Positions 12,501 through 23,681 of a DNA stretch of 51,365 nucleotides are shown here, in pieces (the stretch's first letter is position 1; every line of letters starts with the position of its first letter). Position numbers and translations under genes: made by a program. Source of the DNA: Lama guanicoe (lineage: Eukaryota); assembly GCA_013239625.1 (NCBI GenBank), contig MU054323.1:11005186-11056550 (forward strand), written 5' to 3'. The notes below the pieces were generated by a model. That model searched no databases. It had not been told where the DNA came from and saw only the letters and a program-made list of their open reading frames with translations.

Positions 12501-13550
12501 AACAAGGTAAGAACGGAGTGTCGCATGTTACAGTGGGGAGCCTCGTAGCCACTGGTAGGGCCACCTTCGCCACCTTCCCACCAGGCCGGCCCAGACCCAG
12601 GCCCCGGGCCCCTGCAGAGCACAGCTGGAGCTTCGGGAAGCTGCTCGCATAGCGGATACACTTCTACAAGGAGCAAACCGGTCCCTACAGGCAGCGGCGA
12701 GGATCCCCGTGCCCTCGCCAACTAGGGCCGCGAAACAACAGCAGAGGCCAACAGGCTACCAACGTCCCTATCCAGCAACTCGGCTCAGACATGCCTGCTG
12801 AGCCCTGCCAGGAGCTCTGGCCAGAGAGAGGAAGATGCCTAGGCCCTCGCAACGACCTTATGTTCTAGAACGTTCCTCCCTGGCAGCCTGCACTCCCCTC
12901 AGACGCGTCGTCGGCCTCAGGAGATGAGGGCTCTCTCCAGCGACCTGGGCAACTCACCTCCACTCGGCCCCTGGGCTCTTCCAACGTCATGGGTGCCAAC
13001 GTCCAAGGGTCCCTCAGACATCGTCCACCTCCTCCCCGGCGTCCTGCCCTCTGCTGACCAGGAGACAGGCGCCAGCCGCCGCAGCCCCGCGAGACCCGCG
13101 AGACCCGCGAGACCCGCGAGACCCGCGAGACCCGCGAGACCCGCGAGACCCGCGAGACCCGCGAGACCCGCGAGACCCGCGAGACCCGCGAGCCCCGCGA
13201 GACCCGCGAGACCCGCGAGACCCGCGAGACCCGCGAGACCCGCGAGACCCGCGAGACCCGCGAGACCCGCGAGACCCGCGCCCGCCCCTCCCCCCACCCC
13301 ACTCTGGACGTCTCTCGGCCTTTGCTCCGGTAAGAGGCAGTCCTGAGGGCAGCGGAACAACTGGAAACCGCGGGTGGTGAGCATGCCTCTGTCTCCCGTG
13401 CAAACAGGTCCTCTCTTAGGCACTGAATCTGGCTTCAGTGTCCACGCCTTAGCAAACCTGAGCCAGGCATCCCCATAACCATTCAGTGCGTACGAACCAA
13501 AGGCAGTGTGGGCAGGGAACCTTATTACACCGGGTGTCGTGTGGAGAAAT
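12430..13550. promoter_or_regulatory. Orphan CpG island around the minisatellite
   Basis: Sharp rise in GC and CpG against CpG-poor flanks. GC box cccgcccc at 13281-88. Confidence 0.7.
13086..13280. repeat. 9-bp minisatellite (CCCGCGAGA)21 plus a partial unit
   Basis: Counted directly: 21 full units 13086-13274, one variant (CCCGCGAGC, 13185-93), then CCCGCG. Confidence 0.98.
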
Positions 13551-14921
13551 TATCTGGAATAGCTATGAAACTGGTCAAATGGGGAGCAAGGAGAGGGGGG
13601 AGGAGGAAACCTCCAAATTTAAATTGGACGCACAAGGACTTTGAATCTTGGATATAGTAGCAAAATAAGAAGCCATAGGGAGTTCCTCTGCGTGGACTCG
13701 ATAGGGCCGGATGAGCAGGTCTTAGTGCGAGTGCACCCCCACACCACCCAAAGGAAAGGGTACAAGGAGGACGCTATGAAAATCTGGGCTTGCACACCAG
13801 AAACCGTGACTGCTATGGTACCCATTTTGCAGGCTACTGAGGGTGAAGAGTGCAGGGGACTGATGTGTCGCAGGCGAGGGGTAGGGAGTGGTGGGGTGGG
13901 GGTGCACTTCATCACTGCAGGAAGGAAATTAACATTTCTTGGCATTCTCCCCTCCTAGCCCTTCTCAGAATCACCCTGGGATGACTCCCTCTTTCACAGA
14001 GGCTCAGAAACATCAAGTGACTTTCTGAAGGTCACATAGCTTCTACAAGGCTTAAATGAGATTCAACCTTAATTCTCTGAAACTCCAGTCTACTTTTATG
14101 CTTCCCACTGCACTCCCCTTCAAAAAGATGTGTATGAATCAGAATCACAAACTGGTTTAAATGATTATACAACATCAAGAAAAGAAAGTCATCATCCAGG
14201 AAGGGCAGTTTACTCAGGGGACATTGTTATCATATTTTCAAATATCCGTCTGTCCTTGAGTCTCCTTCTCTCGTCTAAGTTTCCCACTCACTCCACAAGG
14301 TGGCAATATGCAACAAAGTTAGATGTAAAGCAACATATTTAGCAGGGATCCACATGGGTGTCAACCCTTCAACCTTAATTAAGCCCCTGCAAGGAAAGTC
14401 ACTTACTGATAAGTATCCTGAAATACGCTGGTGAGAACAAACATGAGTATCACAACAGAAAAGTATCCTTCAATTCCTCTGCTCCATGAAGACAAAAAGA
14501 TACACCCTCAGGGGCTGGCCCACTACTTTATTCTTACAAGTCAAGTCATAAAACCAAGAAGAAAAAGAAAAAAAATAGGGTAAGAAAAAACAGAAAGAAA
14601 GAAAATCAAGACAAAAGAGAAAGGCAAACAATAAAGAAAGAGAGCCAGAGTTAATGGTAAAAGACAGCAAAAAGGAAAGAGAAAAGAATGTTCTGAATGT
14701 GAGGACCTTACGCTTCTAGTAACCCAGGTCAGAACTTAGAGACAGACAGTCACTTGGCTAGAGTCACACAGCAGTCAGGACAGAGTGACCATTTGTGCTG
14801 AACTACCTTTCAGCTGCTAGGTACCACTGAGGCACTGAATCCAAGCTAACTCTGTAGGGCTCCAGGATCAAAGACCCATAGATTGCCAGGGTTAAAATTG
14901 ACCTTAATATTATAATTAAAA

Positions 14922-15962
14922 ATCCTTCTTTCTTACTAAAAATCAAAATAGCCATAATTTTTTTATTATCTACCAAATGTGAGGTACTGGGCTAAAGGCT
15001 CACATACCAGTAGCACAGCTTGGGCACAGCACAACTCCAGGGAATCTCATTCATATGCTGTTGGTACAGAAGGATAATCCCTTGGAGAGGCTGGCTGACC
15101 ATTAGGAAACCTCATGCTGTTGTATGTATTGTAATGAATTCACCAAGGTCCAGTATCTGGTTTTCAATTTTGTGGGTCCAAAGCTGATCTTTCAGTGAGT
15201 CAGAGTTTTTCAGTCTTGAGCATTCTGACTCAAATTCATCAAGCAACAATACTTAATGTACACCAAGTATACTAAGCTTTTGTGTTGGCCAGACTGGTGC
15301 ATTCTTTCCTTAAAGATCAAAGGAAGCAAGATTACTAGAAGGTGGCTTGGAGAGCATGGACTCCAGACAGACGAATAACACAACCCACTGATTCCACCAG
15401 ATACAGTCACATTGGGATTAGGGTGTCAACATATGATTGGTTGGGGGTACAATTCAGCTCCTAGCAGTGGTGGAATAGGGAGATTGGGTTATCTCAGCCT
15501 AATATCAGTAAATATTCAAATGAGACAACAGCATGAGGTTTCCTAATGTTCAGCCAGGTTCTCTGAGGGAATATCCCTCTGCACCAACAGCTCCTCTCTT
15601 GCCTGGCTCGTTTAGAAGAAGGAAACAACAAAGAGAAAGGGCTTTGGAGCAGGCCCTTGCAGTCCATATGAATGAGATCCCCTGGAGTTGTGCAGTGCCC
15701 AACCTGTGCTGCTGCACATAGTGGCCCCACTTGCCGTCAGCAAAGCAAAATTCAAAAGCCAGTGACTCTGTTTACCAACTGTAGGGCCCTAGGCAAGCCA
15801 CTAACTTATCTACCTCAGAAAGAATATATTGAGAAAAAAATAATCCACCTCAGAAAAGTGAATTGAGTGGGGAATGGTATGTGAGCCTTTAGCCGAGTAC
15901 CTCTCATTTGGTATGTAATCAAAAAATGGCTGTTTTTATTTTCAGTGGGAAAGAAGAAGGAT
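14922..15962. repeat. Discontinuous inverted duplication: 14922-15123 vs 15875-15962, 15665-15710 and 15525-15591
   Basis: Manual reverse-complement alignment. 15012-15057 vs 15665-15710 has 3 mismatches in 46; 15057-15123 vs 15525-15591 has 8 in 67; 14922-15009 aligns to 15875-15962 with small indels. Confidence 0.93.
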
Positions 15963-17719
15963 AAATAAAAGGACTAGGTGAAGCATTATTCATTTTGGAT
16001 CAAGTATGATTTCCACTGCTGCCAACCGACTATTACAATGAACTGGTTATTCAGAACCACTCCCTAAATTCTGCAGGCACTGTGAGGGGTAAGGGGGAGC
16101 AAGTGGTGGTTGGAATTTCCCATGAAATAGCATATGGAGTCCATGTTTCTGCCCAAAGGAGATCTGTTTTCTATCCTGACCACCACTTCCCCATCAGGAT
16201 ACTCTTCCTGCAAAATGCAGCTAAAAATTCCCCCGATTGACATGAGAAAGCTTCCAGGAATAATATAGGTGTTCATTATCTTGATTGTGGTGATGGTTCT
16301 ATACATATATATGTCAAAACATCAATTGTACACTTTAAATTTTGCAGTCTATTGTACTTCAATGATACTTCATTAAAGCTGGTTGATTTAAAAAAAAAAT
16401 TCTCAAATCATTGCCACAGTTTGCCAAGCACTGATCCAGGTAGAGAATGCCACATGGGGCCAGGGGCAGGGGGAAGACTAAGATGCAGGATAAAATGTGC
16501 ACAGGTAGAAGGAGGTTGTCAGCATTTTGAAGGACGTAGTGAAAGGAATGAATCTCCTGGGAAAGTGCCTGATCAAGACTGCAGTTAAAATAAATCTGGA
16601 ACTATTTTTATATGGGATTAAAGGCCTGAAAAGCAAAGCACCATCCCCCCACAGAATGGGACAGAAATGACATGGGACACAGCAAAGCCTTCAGAGGAGT
16701 CCTCTCACAGTCTCTCCTAACCTATCCTGTGTGCTGCTGTCACGATCATTTGTCTCAGAGGTCGTTTTCATCCTGAGCTCTTGCTCTCCCATTTCCTGCG
16801 GCCCCACTTGACTTATCTGGACAAATGCAATTTCCACCTTTCCTTTCTCCAGCTTTTCTCCTCTACAGCCCAGTCTAACAGGCCCACTGGCTCTGCTGCC
16901 AGCACTTCTACAGCAGTCCTCAGGTTACATGATTCCTTTCTACCCCAAGGCTGCCCTTCCCCCTTCTCCCCTAGAATCCAAGCTGCCCATCCTTTCAGAC
17001 CAAACTTAATTTCACATCCTCTGCAGATCCTTTCTTGGCGTCCCCACTCGATGATAATTTATCTTTCCTTTCATTAAAAACCTATCTATAGAGACTGTAT
17101 TTCTGAACCCAAAATTGGGACATGTGAATATAGAATTTTGTACTGTTGACAGATGTGAAAGACAGTCTGGGAAATGTTGCTTGAATGCTCAAAAATTGGA
17201 CTCTGGAGGATGTTTTGATAGTGTATGGGGCCAGGGAACAAAATATTTGAAATGGTGATTGTATAGGGCATCCAGGATGCATGGCCCATATCTGTCCTTT
17301 GGCTTTTGGCATGAGATACGTATAGTGCATTATTAAATTCTTTTACTCATATTGTTTTTTCCAAAACTAAGCTTTAATTACCTTGGGAACAGGAATTGTG
17401 TCAATACCTAGATATACTCCCAACACCTAGGCAGGGCTAGAGAGCAAATAAGTGGTTACAAATGAACAATTTCAAATCCATAATCTCTGTGGGAAAATTA
17501 TTCCCATACAGTGTCACCATCATCCATACTTCCTTATCCATTCTCCTGTGAACAGCACCTCACACCTGGGATGCAGCTCATATGAGTGATACTGTGGAGA
17601 GACAGAGTCAGAAATTGCCCTTTAAAATCTTGTGTCATTTGCATCCTCCTACAACCAATACTTTAGGGAAGGTAAAAAATAATAATAATAAAATAAGGCA
17701 CTGCTAAAACGTAGAGTGA

Positions 17720-17885
17720 GTTTCTGAAACTTTAATGTGTGTAAGAATCTCCTGAAGAGCTTGTTAAAATATGATTCCAGGGCCCCACACCCACATATTC
17801 AGTAGATTTGGGTTGGTGCCTGGACGTTTGCCTTTCTTACAGTCTCTCAGTTGGGGCTGATACTTTTGCACCACACCTTGTGTAG
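17720..17885. mobile_element. MER5A-like hAT-Charlie element
   Basis: gaatctcctgaagagcttgttaaaat...ccagggccccacaccc...ttcagtagatttggg. Confidence 0.65.
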
Positions 17886-17929
17886 AAATTACGTAAAACA
17901 TATACTAAAGGAAATAGATGTTACTAGGA

Positions 17930-18900
17930 CCTCTTTGTGAAAGTGGTGATAGAAACCCACATCAGACCATCTTAAGAAAATGGCTTTGTTGAAAGGAAAC
18001 GGGCATAGGTAGCTCACAATGTGAGTGGAAAAGCCACAAAAGTGGGTGAAGATTTGAGGACCCCCAGCGACTGGGTTTGAGGACTCAATCATCATTGGAA
18101 CTCCATCTGCCTTTTTTTTTTTTCACTTTTCTCTATGCTTGGCATTGTTCTCTCCTACTACCAATAAGTTATCTTCATCTAGTGGACATGTCTGCTGGAA
18201 ATTCCAAATTCTTATCATCAAGTTCCATGTTTCAGTTATTTATTACTGTATTATAAGCCACCCCAAATTTGACAGCTTAATAGAACAACAATAATTTATT
18301 TTGCTCATGAATCTATAGTATTACTAGTCTACTATTCAGGCAGGGCTCTCATCTTTAGTCTTTGTCGTGTCAGCTGGGGCTCAAAGATTAGGGGTGACTT
18401 GACAGCTGGAATCTGGAACCATCTGAGAGATCCCTCACCCTCTTGTCTGGTGACTGGTGTTAGCTGTTGACTGAGACCTCAGTGGGGCTATCAGCCAGAA
18501 GATCTATTCATGACCTCTCTATGTGGCTACTTACGATTCCTCATAGCACGGTGGCTGGGTTCCAAGAATAAGTGTACCAAAAGAATCAAATGGAAAGCAC
18601 TTCATCTTTTATTACATAGCCTCAGATATCACAAGGCATTAGTTTCACCATAATCCCACACTACCCAGTTTCAAGGAGAGGGAACATAAACCCCATTTCT
18701 CAATAGGAGGAGTGAAAAAGTCACATTGTAAAATGAGCTGAAATCTAGGAGACTTTGCTGAGCATCTTTGAAAAATACAATCTAGCACACTTCATGACCT
18801 GAGATACCAGATTTTGTCAATTGCTGTATGAAAAATCCCAGGGAAGGGATTGACTGACCTGGCCTTGGTCATCGCTCATTCCATTGACCAATTATTGTGG
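17930..18900 (-). mobile_element. Nested MaLR LTRs (MLT1 group; inner copy ~18228-18789)
   Basis: agccaccccaaatttgacagcttaa...tttattttgctcatgaatct...catctttgaaaaatacaatctagcaca. Confidence 0.7.
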
Positions 18901-19125
18901 CGAAAATAGTAAAGTACAATGACAAGCCTCACTTGCTCAATGCTCATTCTATGCCTGGTTAGAGAGAACAGCCAAATGACATACATTCATTATAAAAAAG
19001 AACTTCTCAGGTTTTTATCGTTCTGGACACGAAAGTCTTAGCTATAATAATCAACAAGGGTTCACAGAGTTCAGAGATCTATATGTGAAAACACCTCAAG
19101 GAAACTGTTCTCATGAATGTGTAAG

Positions 19126-19472
19126 TGCTATGGACTGAATGTTTGTGTCCCTCCAAAATTCGTATGTTGAAATCTAATCCCCAGTGTGGTGATATTAGAG
19201 GTGAGGCCTTTGGGAGGTAATTAGGTTATGAGGGTGGAGCCCTAATGAGTTGGATTTGTGTCCTTATAAAAAGAGATCAGAGAGCTAGCTCTCTCTCCTT
19301 CCACTATGCATGGATGCAATGAGAAGTTGACAGGCTGTAACCCAGAAAAGAGCTCTCACCAGAACTAAACCCTGATCTCAGACTTCCAACCTCTAGGACT
19401 GAGAGATAAACATTTGTTGTTTGTAAACCACTCAGTCTATGGTACTGTGTTATAGCAGCCTGAACTAAGATA
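19126..19472 (+). mobile_element. MLT1A-like MaLR solo LTR
   Basis: tgctatggactgaatgtttgtgtccctccaaaattcgtatgttgaa ... tatagcagcctgaactaagata. Confidence 0.88.
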
Positions 19473-22400
19473 ATCACAACAAGAAAGCCAGTGAAAGAGG
19501 AACTGTAACTAGGTATTAGGTCAGTGAGAAGAGTTCTGGCAGACCTGTAAACCAGGTGTGTCAGACCAAGTCCTGGAAGAAGCCATGAAGAGTCAGCCAA
19601 GACAGACAGGGACAGACGCAGTCATGAGGAAATGGATATTCTGAGAGATTGAGAAGTTCTCCCCAGGTCATCCAAGAGGTAAGCAGGAGGGTTGTTTGAA
19701 TAGGGATAAGTCAAAGTTCTAGGAGCAAATTGAAAGCTCACACCAGTAAGTGTGTCCTCTGGTCCTAGGGTATCTCTTGACCACTCTCATGCCAGCCCTG
19801 CTCACAGTGTGCAGTCCCCAGGCCCATGTGCAAACCCATGGGCCGCACCCCAGACCTACTGAATCTCTTGAGGTGGGGTCTGTTGAACTTTTTAACAACT
19901 TTTCAGCTGACCTTGAGCACACTCAAGTCTAAGTAGCTCTGCCCTTCTCCACTCTCTACCCTATTGTTTACTCCAGCTGGCCCGGGTCCACCTATATAAA
20001 CCATATCCAAAACATGGCAGACCTGCAGGAAACTGGTTAAACAGCGACAGGATGTTGGGATTACCCATGATTTACCTTACATGGTTGCCTTGAGGGTGAC
20101 AAAAAAATCAACTCTATGGACATATAATTGGCTTTGCAAAAAGTCTTCCTACCCTGCCTCCTACCCACATCTTGAAGTTACTGTTCTCCTTACTCTATAT
20201 TCCTTAAAATGTATTAAGTTTGGATCACTTACTGGTTATGTGTTAGCCTTATATGTTAGTAATCTGCCCATGTTTATGTTTACCTCCCAATTAGGTTGTA
20301 AACACTTCAAGGCAGATGCAGGCATGATGCCCTATTAATGTTAATCTACCCCTAGTGACTAGGACAGAAGTTCACATAAAAGTATCATTTTTAAGCCAGT
20401 GTTTATAGGCACTCTATAAGCATTTTGCTAAATGTTTTATATGCAGTATGTCATTTGATGCATACAACCACAGTCCTATAAGCCAGGTATTACCTTGAGG
20501 AGACTGAAACTCAGAGGTAGTAAGTAATCCATTCAGCCTCACATATACGTGGAAACTGTTAGAGACAGAACCAAACCCAGGCCTGTGTGATACAAGTCCC
20601 TGCTCTCAGTTAGTACAATGTAGGAATCCCATATTCACTGTGTTATGATGTTATTGCTTCTTAAAAGCCCTTCTCTGAGAACTGACTATGTCAAGGGCTT
20701 AACATAGTAAGTGCTCAAAAACTGTCAGCTACTTTCAATATTTGGTGTTTTTATTCATACATAATTCAGTTTGTTTCTCAAAACAACCTTAGGGGTCAGT
20801 AGAACCCCTATATCATTATCCTTAATGTTATAGATGAAGAAACTGAAGCTCAAGGGTGTGAAGGGGCCCAGGTCTCTCTTCGTCTTGTTCAGCACCCCTT
20901 CCTCTCTGCTACTCCCACCACTTATGTCACATTTCTGTCCAGCCTGAAACATTCCCACCAGCCCTACAATTCTGGACTGTCCTTAGCTCATGCCCTACCT
21001 GACTGCCACCTCCAGTGCACAAGAGTGAAGACCTTCCTCCAGATGTGAAGAGTCTAAGAAAAAGCAAATACAACTTATTTAAGCATCAAATTCCCAGCCT
21101 CTGAAGGACAGAGAGCAGCTCCTGCATCTGAGCTGAAGCACCTTTGGTGATGCCTCTCCAGAGCTTTCTCCTCAAAACCTCTTCATCTCCAACACTGCTG
21201 ACTCCACTCCAGCCTCACACTTTGGAGACCTCTTTTGACTTGCTCCTCTCAGTTCAAAGCACTTGGGATCTAGGACAGGAAAAGAGTGTCTTCTGATTGA
21301 GCTGTGCCAGGAGCAACCGTGTCCACTTGGGTTTAATCCTCCTGCTTGATCAACTCTAGGGAAAGGCCATTGTTTGACTTCACCACACTGGGCCTGAATA
21401 ATTTATCCATGGTCTTCAAACTTGCATTTTTAATAAGGGATTTTTTTTCAAACCAAATTTTTCCAGAGCCCATAATAAAACAGATAAATGTAGCAACAGT
21501 TTCTTTAGACATGTTAAAGTTATTATCTGCACAGAATCATATGTGTAAGGAAACTCTGGATAGCTAGGACTCTCCAACAGTAGGAAAAAGCCCCTGAACC
21601 ACTGGGCAACTGAGGGCCCATCCGCCTCTACCATTCTCTAGGTTAACAAGCCTGGCTTCTGAAGAGCAATGTGTTAATCCTTAACTCAAATAAGGTTTTG
21701 AAAGAGGGAGTCAGTGGCATAATTTGTGGGCCTCAGACATTCTAAGTTAGCATCTACTGAGATTTAAGGGGAGGGGCAGGCGCTTAAAGAGAAAACCAGA
21801 GTTGCTCATATACTGCTTTCTCCGTAAAATAATCCCTTGGGCTTACTCACAAAACCCTTGTATTGTGAGTCCACTTAAAACTAATTATAATCCACCCCAA
21901 GAAGATGGCACTCTACCTTCCCATCTCCTCCCTGCTCCCTCCTGCCAGCTCCAGCACCACAGTGTTCTTTTCTCAGAATATAAATTTAGCTTCCAGGACG
22001 ATGAGCAAGGCTCATGGCAAGTGTGCTGTCTGCAGGTGGGATGAGTCATCCAGCCTCCAGAGGGGCCTCTCCCCTCAAAGCTTGCCAGCTTGTCTTCAGC
22101 CAGGAGGCGGGGCCTGGTTACATACCTGAAGGGTCTCCTGTATGGTGCAGCTCACTCACCCAGAGAACCAAAGCTGCAGTTAAATTGACCCAGAAGATGT
22201 TCTGTTCCCTGCATTTGTCTTCTCTAACTCCAGTTAGCCTTTTCTCCTCCTTTATACAATTTAGTCACAATGGACGTGTTATTCAGACCATATGGTGAAA
22301 GCAGATCCACTCTACAGTGAAACACAGCACACCTCTCTCCCTACCCTAAATTTTAAATGCTTGAAGGATTTTGATCTGCATCTGGTTATCTTTGCTTTTT

Positions 22401-22758
22401 ACCACTTGCCATTTCACACTAATTTGTTTATTCCAGTCTGTCCCATAAACATAAATACATTTCACTTCTCTCTCTCTTAATCCAATGTGTGGTCCTTGGT
22501 CTTCACACATGGCTAGTACTTCCCAAAGACCTGTTAGTGCACACTAACAGTCTTCCTTTGAACAAGAAGGGAGAGGCTGCCATCTAGTGTCCAAAAGGGT
22601 ATAACAGGACATGAAAGAAGTCCACCAAGGACATTTCTCCTGCCAAGTCTGGGAAGGAGGATGAAAGTTTGTCACACAATCAGACAGGCTGTATACATTA
22701 AGAGCTAAAGAAATGGTTTGCAGATGAGAAAAAAAAATTCCTCTACCATCTTCTGGTA

Positions 22759-22858
22759 TAGAGTTACCAATCATCCTAATTTAGTTGGGGACCTAGAACA
22801 GAGAATTTTCAGTGCTAAAACCAGGAAAGTCCTGAACAGGGACAAGTTGGTCACCCTA
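22759..22858 (-). mobile_element. MER81-like hAT-Blackjack MITE
   Basis: Terminal inverted repeats tagagttaccaa / ttggtcacccta; internal ttcagtgctaaaaccaggaaagtcc. Confidence 0.75.
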
Positions 22859-23299
22859 TCTGGAGAGATGAAATTGCTCTGTAATCAGAAACTGTAAGAA
22901 AGAAAAGACCTCGGGCATCTGGCTGGGGGCAGAAGACTCAGCTTGAGAAAATATTTGCTTTTATAGAAGAGACTGGGCTTTTTGGATGAGTCAGAGGGAA
23001 ATGGAACAGAGAAATTACTTGGAATACTAGCCAAAAATATCTGGAATCAAGAGGCCAGGCTAAAGTCAGGGGGATTCTCTGGGGGCCTCCAGACTGAGGG
23101 ATCTCAGTTAAAATCATCTGTCTCCTACCTGGACCTGGGTTCTGCATCTGCCCTCACAGACTTGAACTTGCTGACCTAGGCAGTATATTGTTTGTATAAA
23201 TCCCTAATATAGCCTCAGTTCTTCAAGTGAACACATTCAGCTACATTCAGGAAGTGAACTAAAACATGGGAATCCCCCAGTGAGCATGTGGGCTTAAGG

Positions 23300-23681
23300 G
23301 TTATTGTGGACCAAATGTGTTCCGCACCCCCAAGATTCATATGTGGAAGCCTTACATCATTCCCAATGTGATGATATTTGGAGGCAAATAGGTTTAAATG
23401 AGGTCATGAAGGTGGAGACGTCTTGATTGGATTAGTGCCCTTATAAGAGGCAGAGACCAAGCAAGCTCTCTCCATCCACCCCCACTCCCCCAGTCATGGG
23501 AGGACATAGAAAGAAGACAAGAGGGCATTGTCTGCAAGCCAGGAAAAGGGCTATCACCAGAACTTGACCATGCTGGCATCCTGATCTCAAATTTTCAGCC
23601 GCCAGAACTGTAAGAAACAAATGTCTGTTAATTAAGCCACCCAACCTATGATATTTTGTTATACCAGCCTGAGCTAAGACA
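23300..23681 (+). mobile_element. MLT1A/B-like MaLR solo LTR
   Basis: ttagtgcccttataagagg...gaccatgctggcatcctgatctc...gcctgagctaagaca. Confidence 0.85.

Noticed and set aside
13086..13280. CRISPR-like array
   Set aside because: Head-to-tail 9-mers with no unique spacers and no cas genes, in mammalian DNA.
12865..13423. Four overlapping 129-168 aa ORFs with (SRV)n/(GLA)n/(ARP)n/(GSR)n
   Set aside because: They follow trivially from a stop-free 9-bp repeat in GC-rich DNA and show no homology to known proteins.
12430..13550. Imprinted DMR hypothesis for the orphan island
   Set aside because: Tandem repeat plus CpG island is suggestive, but I found no ZFP57 motif TGCCGC/GCGGCA and have no allele-specific data.
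15592..15874. Skipped segments of the inverted duplication as spliced introns of a retrocopy
   Set aside because: No GT-AG boundaries on either strand, and no poly(A) tail or TSD on the short arm.
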